64,000 nt of DNA, from positions 387-64,386 of the forward strand of contig JAPLYG010000013.1 in NCBI GenBank assembly GCA_026395685.1, in the 5' to 3' direction. How positions within the stretch are numbered: position 1 is the first letter of the stretch; every line of letters starts with the position of its first letter. Below are positions 12,585-21,712 of this stretch, piece by piece. Below the pieces are notes generated by a model. The model had not been told where the DNA came from. It did no database searches and saw only the letters and a list, made by a program, of their open reading frames with translations. Source of the stretch: Candidatus Parcubacteria bacterium. GTDB lineage: Bacteria > Patescibacteriota > Patescibacteriia > CAIXNZ01. Position numbers and translations under genes: made by a program.

Positions 12585-13058
12585 CTAGGAGTGGGCTTGA
12601 GGGATTGAAGGCAGTTCTTTTAAAAACAATTTAAAAACTGCCCAATCAGTACAACTTTCGATATACATCCCGGTTAAATTCCACAAACCTCTTTCTGCGC
12701 CATCTTCATGATGATATTTAACCTCGCAAATCAAGGTAAGTCCTTGTAATTTTTCTCCACAAATTCCCGCGGGAATCTGGAAAAAAATTCCGACTTTCTG
12801 GCCTTTGACCAGGTTCAAACGGCTCATGATGCTAATACCGTGTTCTGAAATATCATGAATACGGCATTGAACCTCATGAGATGAAAGAACATGCGACGAA
12901 ACAGTGCTGGGAACACTCTTTACCAATTCCTCCTTCCGCTGATAAAGCACTCCAGTATGATCTACCAGAATCGGAAATTCTGACGGAACACTTTTCCGTA
13001 CTGACTTTCTATTGTCAACAGCAACGGGCAAATTTTTTTCTTTCTCACTATCCGTCAT
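12585..13058 (-). CDS. PilZ-domain protein
   Basis: RKSVR (RxxxR) and DISEHG (DxSxxG) motifs. An AAGGAGG site precedes ATG at 13058. Confidence 0.7.
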   Translation of the reverse strand: MTDSEKEKNLPVAVDNRKSVRKSVPSEFPILVDHTGVLYQRKEELVKSVPSTVSSHVLSSHEVQCRIHDISEHGISIMSRLNLVKGQKVGIFFQIPAGICGEKLQGLTLICEVKYHHEDGAERGLWNLTGMYIESCTDWAVFKLFLKELPSIPQAHS

Positions 13059-13222
13059 AACTCCTCCTTCCACAAAAATTTTCAGAATTCAATAATACTT
13101 CCCAAAGAAAAAATTGCCCTAATCAGGCAATCAACCTCCCTTTCTATGTATAATTTTAGCAAAAATTTTATATTTAACCAAATTTACCTTGTTGATAAAT
13201 AATCAAAGGATACCCCGCCACC

Positions 13223-13251
13223 TTGACAAAATGATATAAATATGCTATTAT
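13223..13251 (+). promoter_or_regulatory. sigma70-type promoter
   Basis: TTGACA-17 bp-TATTAT with TG extended -10. Confidence 0.75.
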
Positions 13252-13312
13252 TATATATCCTGGAAAATGTTCCCATTTAACCAATAACAACCTTTTAACA
13301 AAGGAGCAAAAG

Positions 13313-13651
13313 ATGCACGGCTTTACTGATTCTATCGTCATTATCCAGGCAGCCGGAACCGGCAGCTACACTACCGGAATCGGATTCAACTTCCTGACCA
13401 TTTTCAGCCCCGGGCTGAAAGAACCGGCGCAGATACGGGTGCAGGATCTCAAGCTCTTCGTGAGCAACGAAATTGGCAGGGGCACTTCCTTGCCCTGCTA
13501 CAGCGCCGCACACCAGATGATCGGCTTTTCCTCGGAAGAGTCGCTCGTCTACTACCTGAAGCTCTGGAGAATCGGTCTGGATCTAATCCAACCCGAAACA
13601 AACCAGGCGCCGAAGGTAAACCGGGCCGCGACCGCGATGGTCACCGCCTAA
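13313..13651 (+). CDS. Hypothetical protein (GC-rich orphan)
   Basis: 112-aa ORF with AAAGGAG site, promoter upstream and a hairpin with T-tract near 13708-13744. Confidence 0.7.
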   Translation: MHGFTDSIVIIQAAGTGSYTTGIGFNFLTIFSPGLKEPAQIRVQDLKLFVSNEIGRGTSLPCYSAAHQMIGFSSEESLVYYLKLWRIGLDLIQPETNQAPKVNRAATAMVTA

Positions 13652-13841
13652 ACGACAACCAACGCCACAACCACAAAAGGGAGCATTAGTATGAACCATT
13701 GAATTTTGGGGGCAATCCGCATATAGCGAGAGGCCCCCCTTTTTAATTTGGTAATTTGTTAACTGGTTTTGATATGCGCATATTTATTTGTTTAAAATTA
13801 GCCAAAAAATTATATATATTCGCTTAAATTAATCCAAGATA

Positions 13842-13870
13842 TTGACAAAAATGACGCAATATGCTATAAT
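13842..13870 (+). promoter_or_regulatory. sigma70-type promoter
   Basis: TTGACA-17 bp-TATAAT with TG extended -10. Confidence 0.8.
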
Positions 13871-13962
13871 AATATATTGAAATTGATTATATTAGGAATT
13901 CAATCTTGTAGTTTGTCAACACAAAACAACCTGATTGATTACAGGAAAAAAGGAGATAAGCC

Positions 13963-14292
13963 ATGTGTTTCAACGATTGCTGGGTGGTTGTTTCCGTCCG
14001 CGACGAAGGCGACTACTATGCCTTCGAGTTCATGGGACGGCCGGGTCTGTCAGTCAGAAAAGAAGACTGTCAGATCGTGATCAACACCGAGCTCGGGGAC
14101 AAGATCCTGTTCTATCCCGAGCGCATCCCGGAGATCTGGGCCAACGACATCTGGGCGCTGATGGATGTGTTTGACGGGATCAAAATCCCGGACAAGACCC
14201 ATCCCTGCACCGGCTGCCACGGCACCAAGTGTTCCGTGGTCTGCCGTAACGACCAGCCCCCTCCCTCAGCCGCGGCCGCGTTCGCGTGCTGA
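13963..14292 (+). CDS. Hypothetical protein with C-terminal CxxC-x4-C-x3-C motif
   Basis: AAAGGAG site before ATG; CTGCHGTKCSVVC; terminator follows. Confidence 0.7.
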   Translation: MCFNDCWVVVSVRDEGDYYAFEFMGRPGLSVRKEDCQIVINTELGDKILFYPERIPEIWANDIWALMDVFDGIKIPDKTHPCTGCHGTKCSVVCRNDQPPPSAAAAFAC

Positions 14293-14297
14293 AAAAA

Positions 14298-14335
14298 AGA
14301 CCCCGCCAAAGGACATTGATCCGGCGGGGCTTTTT
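14298..14335 (+). terminator. Intrinsic terminator
   Basis: CCCCGCC...CGGCGGGG stem followed by CTTTTT. Confidence 0.6.
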
Positions 14336-14337
14336 AA

Positions 14338-14419
14338 AACCACGGATTTTGCTCACTGATAACACTGATGTTTGGCGTCATCGGGATATCAGTGTAATCT
14401 GTGAATAAAATCAGTGGTT
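14338..14419. repeat. Empty copy of the inverted-repeat element that flanks the GxxExxY gene
   Basis: AACCACGGATTTTGCTCACTGATAACACTGAT ... ATCAGTGTAATCTGTGAATAAAATCAGTGGTT; shares ATCTGTGAATAAAATCAGTG with 16867-16886. Confidence 0.75.
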
Positions 14420-14430
14420 CTGTTCTTCCT

Positions 14431-16197
14431 TTATAGAATCTTCTTAGCCAAATCAGACTTCAATTCCACATCCTCAACTTTAACCTTCCTCAAATCAACC
14501 AGCCTCAATTCAAGCTTTCTTGTCCCATTAAATTCATTCAAATTAATTTCGCAGACAATATCAACCAAATCCTCATACCTTATTTCACTGATCAAATTCC
14601 CCATACCAAAACCGATTGCTTCAAAACTTTTGACCATATTGTCATGCTTTAAAAATAATTTCAGATGCTTATTATCGCCGCCGACGGTACGAACATTTTC
14701 CACCCTTAAATTTTTGACTAAAAATAAAGGCTTGGGATTTGACGCGCCAAAAGGTTCAAATTTTTCCAGCTGTTCAAATAAGTCCCAATTCAAATCTTGC
14801 AAATTTAATTCCGCCTCAATCTCCATTCTTTCTGACAAATCTTTGCCCTGCAGCTCCTGAAGGGCAATTTCAGTTATACGTTTTTTAAAATCAGCCAGAT
14901 ACTTTCGGCTCTTTAAGGTAAAGCCGGCTGCTTGAGCATGACCGCCATAAATTTTAAAACAATCAGCCACCTTATCAAGAGCTTTAATCATATTAAATTC
15001 CGGAATCGAGCGCCCTGACCCGGCAACTTTGGCAAGTGACTTGGTTATTATTAAAATCGGTCGATTGAATTTATCTTTAATCTTGCCGGCAGCTAAGCCG
15101 ATAATTCCCAAAGGCCAATTACTTCCTTCGGCGATAATCAGTAGCTGTTTATCTATATCCGCAACTTCCTTTTTGACTTCTTCCATGATTTTATCAGTCA
15201 TGGTTTGTCTTTTGCGGTTGCTCTGCTCCAGATTATCAACTAAAGTTATTGCTTCCTGCTTATCTTCAGTCAATAAAAGCTCATATGCCGAATTAGCATG
15301 ATCCATGCGACCAGCCGCATTAATGCGCGGTCCCAGAACATAACCGATATTTTCCGAATTCATTAATTCTTTTTCCGTCACCGGCCAGACTCCGGCTTTT
15401 TCCGCCAGCAGTTTCAAGCCGATTCTTTTTGTTTTATTTAATACAACTAAGCCATATTTAACCAGGGCTCTATTTTCACCGAATAATGGCATAACGTCAG
15501 TAACTGTACCAATAGCCACCAGATCAAGCAGCCATTTTTCATAACCGGCCGAAAAAATACCCTTTTTATCCCTGGCAACAATCGCTTGCGCTAATTTATA
15601 GGCGACACCGACTCCGGCTAAATCATAAAAAGGATAATTGCAGACCTTAATTTTAGGATTAATTATGGCAAAAGCTTTAGGTAATTCTAAAGGCTCTGCG
15701 TGATGGTCAGTTATAATCACATCAATCCCCTTTTCATTGGCCAGGTCAATTTCCAAAACATTGCTGATACCGCAATCAACTGTAATAATCAGTTTTACTT
15801 TTTGTTTAGCTAAATATTTGATTGTTTTTTTATTAAGCCCATAGCCTTCCTTTTCCCGATGAGGAATATACACAATAAAATCAGCGCCCAATGTTTTTAA
15901 TACATTTGCTACCACCACGCTGCTAGTCACGCCGTCAGCATCATAATCGCCATGAATGGCGATTTTTTCTTTATCGGCAACGGCCTGATAAATTCTGACC
16001 ACGGCTTTTTCCATATCAGGAAACAAAAAAGGGTCAAGAACATCTTGGCCATAATCCGGGGTCAAAAACGCGTCAATTTGCTTTTGAGTTGTTAAACCGC
16101 GGTTAAAAAGTAACTGCAAAATCACACCCGCTATTTCCGGAAAACTCTTTTTTAATTCCAAACCTACCGGCTCTTTCAGAACCCACTTTTTTGACAT
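14431..16197 (-). CDS. recJ: ssDNA-specific exonuclease RecJ
   Basis: GDYDADG, DCG, TDHH, GPRINAAGR, GSGRS, GGHAQAAG. Confidence 0.97.
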   Translation of the reverse strand: MSKKWVLKEPVGLELKKSFPEIAGVILQLLFNRGLTTQKQIDAFLTPDYGQDVLDPFLFPDMEKAVVRIYQAVADKEKIAIHGDYDADGVTSSVVVANVLKTLGADFIVYIPHREKEGYGLNKKTIKYLAKQKVKLIITVDCGISNVLEIDLANEKGIDVIITDHHAEPLELPKAFAIINPKIKVCNYPFYDLAGVGVAYKLAQAIVARDKKGIFSAGYEKWLLDLVAIGTVTDVMPLFGENRALVKYGLVVLNKTKRIGLKLLAEKAGVWPVTEKELMNSENIGYVLGPRINAAGRMDHANSAYELLLTEDKQEAITLVDNLEQSNRKRQTMTDKIMEEVKKEVADIDKQLLIIAEGSNWPLGIIGLAAGKIKDKFNRPILIITKSLAKVAGSGRSIPEFNMIKALDKVADCFKIYGGHAQAAGFTLKSRKYLADFKKRITEIALQELQGKDLSERMEIEAELNLQDLNWDLFEQLEKFEPFGASNPKPLFLVKNLRVENVRTVGGDNKHLKLFLKHDNMVKSFEAIGFGMGNLISEIRYEDLVDIVCEINLNEFNGTRKLELRLVDLRKVKVEDVELKSDLAKKIL

Positions 16198-16290
16198 GAA
16201 ATATGTAAGTAAATAGTAAATAAGGCAGAGACAAAGGATGAAGTAGGAATAGTTCCTAGCTTCAGTCTTCAGACTTCATACTTCGGACTT

Positions 16291-16389
16291 CTAATAAAGA
16301 GCTGGACCGAGTGTCCAGATCAGCATTGATAAGACAACCATGGCGGAAAGCAGAATCCAGATTGTTCTGATGATATTTTGTTTCTTCAT
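16291..16389 (-). CDS. Small single-TM protein (32 aa)
   Basis: MKKQNIIRTIWILLSAMVVLSMLIWTLGPALY*, read manually; below the ORF track cutoff. Confidence 0.55.
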   Translation of the reverse strand: MKKQNIIRTIWILLSAMVVLSMLIWTLGPALY

Positions 16390-16414
16390 AGTATTATAAA
16401 ATTTGAACTATATT

Positions 16415-16447
16415 AACCACAGATTTAAACTCACAGATTACACTGAT
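16415..16447. repeat. Left arm of the inverted repeat flanking the GxxExxY gene
   Basis: AACCACAGATTTAAACTCACAGATTACACTGAT is an imperfect reverse complement of 16858-16888. Confidence 0.75.
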
Positions 16448-16455
16448 ATGCTGAA

Positions 16456-16827
16456 TTAATTTATAATTCTTTTAATTTTAACACCATCCTTATTAAATAT
16501 TATCAATAAACCCAGCCTATATTTATTTGCCTTCAGATAACTCAGCAGCTGCTTAATATCCTTTGTATAAAAATCATTGGCAATCTTTAATTCCACTACA
16601 ACCTTATCATCAATAATAAAATCCAAATAATACTTGCCTATTAATCTATCTTTATAATATATCCTTACAGGAAATTCCGCTATAAAGTTAATGCCCTGAT
16701 CATTAAATTCTTCGATATATCCTCTCTTATAAATAATCTCCCGATATCCAAAACCGATTTCATTATACACCTTATACGAAATTCCGATAATTTTCTCTGT
16801 TAAGTCCTCATATAAATATTCCCCCAT
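16456..16827 (-). CDS. GxxExxY family protein (PD-(D/E)XK nuclease-like)
   Basis: GFGYREIIY, DFIIDDKVVVELK, QLLSYLKA...GLLIIF. Confidence 0.93.
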   Translation of the reverse strand: MGEYLYEDLTEKIIGISYKVYNEIGFGYREIIYKRGYIEEFNDQGINFIAEFPVRIYYKDRLIGKYYLDFIIDDKVVVELKIANDFYTKDIKQLLSYLKANKYRLGLLIIFNKDGVKIKRIIN

Positions 16828-16857
16828 AAATTATATATATCTATGGTTCATCCCCGA

Positions 16858-16888
16858 ATCTGTGTCATCTGTGAATAAAATCAGTGTT
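16858..16888. repeat. Right arm of the inverted repeat flanking the GxxExxY gene
   Basis: ATCTGTGTCATCTGTGAATAAAATCAGTGTT. Confidence 0.75.
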
Positions 16889-16929
16889 TCCGTATTTCCA
16901 TTTTATCAAATTAACCAGGAAGAATCCAC

Positions 16930-18607
16930 TTAACGTTTAAGTATCTTCAAAAACGTCTCAGTCGGTATATCCACTGACCCGGCACCGATTTCCGCCATCT
17001 TCTTCTTGCCCTTTTTCTGCTTGTCCAAAAGCTTGTTCTTACGGGTAACATAATGATTCTACAATTTCTTCAGCCACATAAATATCCAGGCGTTCCACGT
17101 CAGCTTTTTGATAACCACAAAATTCATAATTTAAAGAAGCATAACCGGATGTCAGGCTTTTTAATTTATCGTAAAAATCAGTCAGGATTGAAGACAGTGG
17201 CATTTTATAATGCAAAATTACGCGTTGGTCCATTTCTGAAACTGAGTTTAAATATTCAGTATTTATATATTCCCCTCTTTTTTCAGCAACTAATTGCATA
17301 ATTCCGCCCAAAAAATCCTTGGGTGAAACAATATCAACTTTAATCATTGGCTCTTCGATTTTTTCAATATAGTTTGGATCAGGCAGATCAATGGGACTTT
17401 TAATCACAATCTGATTAGCTTCCAAATTTTCCGCCAAAAAATCTCGGCTTTTTAAGCGGGCAGCCAATTCCTTTTTCAAACCGGCGGATTTTAAAGTCAC
17501 TTTATAACCTACGCTGGGTACGGTTACGATTAAATCCAGATTAAACTCCCTTTTTAACCTTTCCTGAAAAATTTCCAAATGTAATAGGCCCAAAAAGCCG
17601 CAACGGAAGCCAAAGCCTAAAGCCGAAGAATGTTCCGGCTCAAAAAACAAGGCTGCGTCATTTAATTTCAATTTATTGACTGCTTCGCGCAGACGGTTAA
17701 ATTCACTGCCTTCTTTGCAAAAAATTCCGGCAAAAACCATGGGGCGAACTTCTTTATAACCGGGCAAAGGTTCAACTTCTAAACCTTTCAAAGTAATAGT
17801 ATCGCCGACACGAGATTTTTCCACGTCTTTCAACCCTGTAACAATATAGCCGATCTGCCCAGCCCTTAATACATCCTCGGGCACCAGTTGAATTTTCATT
17901 TTGCCGACTTCCAAAGTTTCTGTTGTCGTCTGGTTGGCAATAAAAGTCACAGGCTGGCCTCTTTTTAATTCGCCATCAAAAACACGCACGTAACAAATCA
18001 CGCCCTTATACTCGTCATAAAAAGAATCAAAAATTAAAGCCCGGAAAGGTTCATTGATATTGAGTATCGGTTCCGGAACTTTTCTAATGACTTCATCCAA
18101 AATTTCTTTGACACCCTCGCCTGTTTTGGCAGAGCAGGTTAAAATTTCTTCTTCTTTACAGCCTAAAAGATTCATAATTTCAATTTTGGTTTTAGTCACC
18201 TGCGCGTTAGGCAAATCTATTTTATTAATTACCGGAATAATAGTTAAATTTTGTTCAATCGCCAGATATAAATTGGCAATGGTCTGCGCCTGAATACCTT
18301 GCGTCGCATCAACCAAAAGAATCGCACCTTCAACACAGGCTAGGGAGCGCGAAACCTCATAGGAAAAATCCACATGGCCGGGAGTATCAATCAAATTCAA
18401 AATATAGTCCTGATACTTCATCTGAACCGGAGTTAATTTGATAGTAATGCCCCTTTCCCGCTCCAAATCCATGGAGTCCAAAATCTGCGCCTTCATATTC
18501 CTTTTTTCAACTGTTCCAGTCAATTCCAAAAGCCGGTCAGCCAAGGTGGACTTACCATGATCAATATGGGCGATGATGCAAAAATTACGGATATTACTTG
18601 AATTCAT
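16930..18607 (-). pseudogene. lepA: Elongation factor 4 (LepA) with internal deletion and frameshift near 17050
   Basis: IRNFCIIAHIDHGKSTLADR and DTPGHVDF. The ORF stops at VESLCYP*. The true C-terminus [18 protein letters not shown]...TFLKILKR* continues in another frame to 16930, and the intervening conserved block is missing. Confidence 0.85.
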
Positions 18608-18716
18608 ATGAAGTTATTTTAGCAAAATACTTAAGTTTAATCAATGCCTAAATTAGTAGATTAGTAGCCAATTCGTAGATTAGTATCAATAATAAAACCG
18701 AGCCTTGTGAGCCCGG

Positions 18717-18887
18717 TTATTTCCCTTCATGTTTACATGACGGACAAATTCTAAGAAGAATAATTGCCGGCTGTCCAGGATCATTAACTGTCCCAGTAAG
18801 CCAAACGCCACAGCCACGGCAGAATATTATTACATTTGAATTCTTTTTAAAAACTACTCTCAAAATGTCTTTTACAAAATCTAGCAT
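18717..18887 (-). CDS. Small Zn-ribbon-like hypothetical protein
   Basis: CRGC...CPSC; GAAGGAGG before ATG at 18887; TTGACA at 18974-18969. Confidence 0.55.
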   Translation of the reverse strand: MLDFVKDILRVVFKKNSNVIIFCRGCGVWLTGTVNDPGQPAIILLRICPSCKHEGK

Positions 18888-19070
18888 TTTGACCTCCTTC
18901 ATTTCAGTTGCCGTCATTTCCCCGTCTAATTATCAATTTGTCTTCAACTTATACTATATTCTCAATATTGTCAAAAAAACGAGCCTTCTGAGCTCGAATT
19001 CAAAAAATCTTCATAAATTTTAAACTAAAAACTGCAACTTTGAACTTTGCACTTTTAACTTTAAACTATT

Positions 19071-20720
19071 TTAGACTTCCACATTCTCATCCATGCTTTC
19101 TTTGGGATAATTTTCCTTTTCTCTAAACATTCGCTTTTTCAAGGAATTTACAAAAGTAATCATTTCCTGAGACTTCAAGGCTAAACCAACTACAATAAAT
19201 ACCGCTATACCAACTAGACCGGAGATCAATCCCTGCAGGAAAATACCGACAAAGGTAGTTGTTCCAAAATATGGTTCAATGCCGAATTTCATAAACTGAG
19301 TCACAATAGCCATGGCCAAAGTTGCCAGGGAAATTTTAAAAACAGACCAGATCACATTTTTTTCGTCCAAACTGCCGGCTTTAATTCTTAGTCCTATCCA
19401 CAGCAACGCAAAATTCAGAATGCTGGCGAGGGAAAAGGCCAAAGCCAAACCGCTGACTCCCAAATCAAAATTATAACCTAAAAATTCAAATGGCTTGATT
19501 AAAATCAGGCTTAAAACAATATTCATCACGGCTGACACTAAACCAAGGATAAACGGCGTCAACGAATTATGAAAAGCATAATAACCGCGGATCAAAAGCG
19601 GAATCAAGGCCTGGGCAAATAAACTCAGAGTGAACATGGCCAAAGTATCAATCGTCAAAACTGTATCTTCCCAGGTAAACTGGCCAGAACCCAAAACTAC
19701 ACGGACAATCTGAGCACGTAAAACTAAAAGTAAAACTGAAGCCGGTATAATAAAAAATAAAATCTGCCGAGTGGTATTGGAAAAACTGTGAATAAATTCT
19801 TTTTTATCCTCTTTTAAAGCTAAAGCAGCCAAAGTCGGAAACGCTGCGATAGCAAAGGAAATACCAAAAATGCCAACTGGAAAAATCTGCAGATTATTGG
19901 CCAGATTAAAAACTGATAATGAACCGGCAACCAAAGTTGAAGCAATGATGGTAATTATCACTAAATTAAGCTGGTTAATCGCTAAAGTTAATGTTCTCGG
20001 CACCATAATTCTGCCAATTTTTCTAATAGCCTCATCCTTAAAATTAAAGATTAATTGATAGCGATAACCCAGCCAAGTACAAGAAGGAATTTGCACTAGT
20101 AAATGTAAAGAAGCCCCCAAAACCACGCCCCAAGCCAAACCAGTAATTCCCCACCAGGGTACAAAAACTAAGGCGCCAAAAATAATGCCCAGGTTATAAA
20201 ATATTGGCGCAAAAGAATAAACTAAAAATCTTCTAAAGGACTGCAAAACCCCGCCAAAGACGCTGCTAATACCGAGAAGCAACGGACTTAAAAACATAAT
20301 CCGCGTCAAAACAACTGTTTGAGCCATTTTGTCAGGGCTAAAACCGGGCGTTATCAATTTCATTAATTGCGGAGCAAAAATAAAAAGAAGACCGCATAAA
20401 ACCAACAAACCTATAATTAAAATATTTAAAATCTCATTAGTTAATCTCCAGGCGTTATCCTTTTCCTGTTTTTGCAGATATTGAGTAAATAAGGGAATAA
20501 ATCCTGCTGATAAAGCTCCCAGTACCAAAAGATTAAATATCAAATCAGGGATGCGAAAAGCCGCATAATAAGTGTCCAGAGAATCACCTGCTCCAAATTG
20601 ACCGGCCAAAATCCTGTCTCTGATAATGCCTAAAAAACGGCTTGCTAATGAAGCCGCGCCGACAATAATGGCTGCTGAAGTGATTGTTTTTGACTCGCCG
20701 TTAATTAAACTCTTGATCAT
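19071..20720 (-). CDS. murJ: Lipid II flippase MurJ
   Basis: SRFLGIIRDRILAGQFG, AAFRIPDLIF, FIPLF; many TM helices. Confidence 0.96.
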   Translation of the reverse strand: MIKSLINGESKTITSAAIIVGAASLASRFLGIIRDRILAGQFGAGDSLDTYYAAFRIPDLIFNLLVLGALSAGFIPLFTQYLQKQEKDNAWRLTNEILNILIIGLLVLCGLLFIFAPQLMKLITPGFSPDKMAQTVVLTRIMFLSPLLLGISSVFGGVLQSFRRFLVYSFAPIFYNLGIIFGALVFVPWWGITGLAWGVVLGASLHLLVQIPSCTWLGYRYQLIFNFKDEAIRKIGRIMVPRTLTLAINQLNLVIITIIASTLVAGSLSVFNLANNLQIFPVGIFGISFAIAAFPTLAALALKEDKKEFIHSFSNTTRQILFFIIPASVLLLVLRAQIVRVVLGSGQFTWEDTVLTIDTLAMFTLSLFAQALIPLLIRGYYAFHNSLTPFILGLVSAVMNIVLSLILIKPFEFLGYNFDLGVSGLALAFSLASILNFALLWIGLRIKAGSLDEKNVIWSVFKISLATLAMAIVTQFMKFGIEPYFGTTTFVGIFLQGLISGLVGIAVFIVVGLALKSQEMITFVNSLKKRMFREKENYPKESMDENVEV

Positions 20721-20819
20721 ATCGTTATTCGTTAATCGGTTTCGTTTTCCGTTACGTTAAACGTTTAACGACAAACGTAACGAATTTCGATACCGAACAA
20801 CGATAAACTTTTACAAAAA

Positions 20820-21683
20820 TTATTTCAATAATAATAAACCGATCCCAATCAATATCTGCGCAATCCCCATGGACAACTTCATCCATTTATTAAACCTCTC
20901 CTGCGCATCTTTAGCTTCAAAAATGTGATGGGTTTTAACCAAAATGGCAAAAACAATAAATAGCGGGGTAACAAACATCAAATTATAAACTAAAAGGAAT
21001 AATATTGTTTTAAAATAATGAAAAGTCTGAGTCATGATGGCAATCGAACCGATATACAAAGGCAAAGAGCAAGGCAATTCAAAAAGTGTGACAACAACGC
21101 CTAAAAGAATAGTCGCATGCCAGTCTACTTTTTTAATTAATTTTAAAAGAAAGGGAACCTCGCCCTTAGAAACTCCCAGGGAAAACCATTTGCCGTAGGC
21201 GAAAAAATCTTTAATATTTATCAGAGCTGCGACCCAGATTAAAGCAATAATTACATATTTTATAATATGGCTAACTTCCTGATACCAGGTTTGCGCCAAA
21301 AGTTGATAAATAAACTGCGAAAAAATAATACCTACTAAAAAATAAGTTGCAAAAACAGAAGCAATATATAGCAAACCCATTCTGGTCATGCGATGCGGAT
21401 CATGGGCAAAAACAAGCAGATAGCCCAAAAGCAAAATCAGCATGCCGATAGCGCAGGGATTAACGCCGTCTAAAAGACCGGCCACAACTACTAAAGCAAA
21501 GCTTAAACCCTGATTTTCCAGCATAGTCGCCAGTTGCAAGCCCTGCTCGCTACAGCCATTATTGCCAACAATGCAAACCTCGCTGTTTGGCTGTTGCGCC
21601 AAAACATGACCGATTCCCAAAAACAAGACGGGCATCATAAACAATAACAGCAGCACTAAAATGAATTTATAATAATTTTTCAT
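20820..21683 (-). CDS. CcdA/DsbD-like cytochrome c biogenesis transmembrane protein
   Basis: AGLLDGVNPCAI and ELPCSLPLY. Confidence 0.75.
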   Translation of the reverse strand: MKNYYKFILVLLLLFMMPVLFLGIGHVLAQQPNSEVCIVGNNGCSEQGLQLATMLENQGLSFALVVVAGLLDGVNPCAIGMLILLLGYLLVFAHDPHRMTRMGLLYIASVFATYFLVGIIFSQFIYQLLAQTWYQEVSHIIKYVIIALIWVAALINIKDFFAYGKWFSLGVSKGEVPFLLKLIKKVDWHATILLGVVVTLFELPCSLPLYIGSIAIMTQTFHYFKTILFLLVYNLMFVTPLFIVFAILVKTHHIFEAKDAQERFNKWMKLSMGIAQILIGIGLLLLK

Positions 21684-21712
21684 ATTGCTACTTAATTCTT
21701 ATATTCACAAAA

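Noticed and set aside
17039-17060. Programmed frameshift in lepA
   Set aside because: A conserved block is physically missing, so a frameshift alone cannot restore the protein; no slippery site is evident
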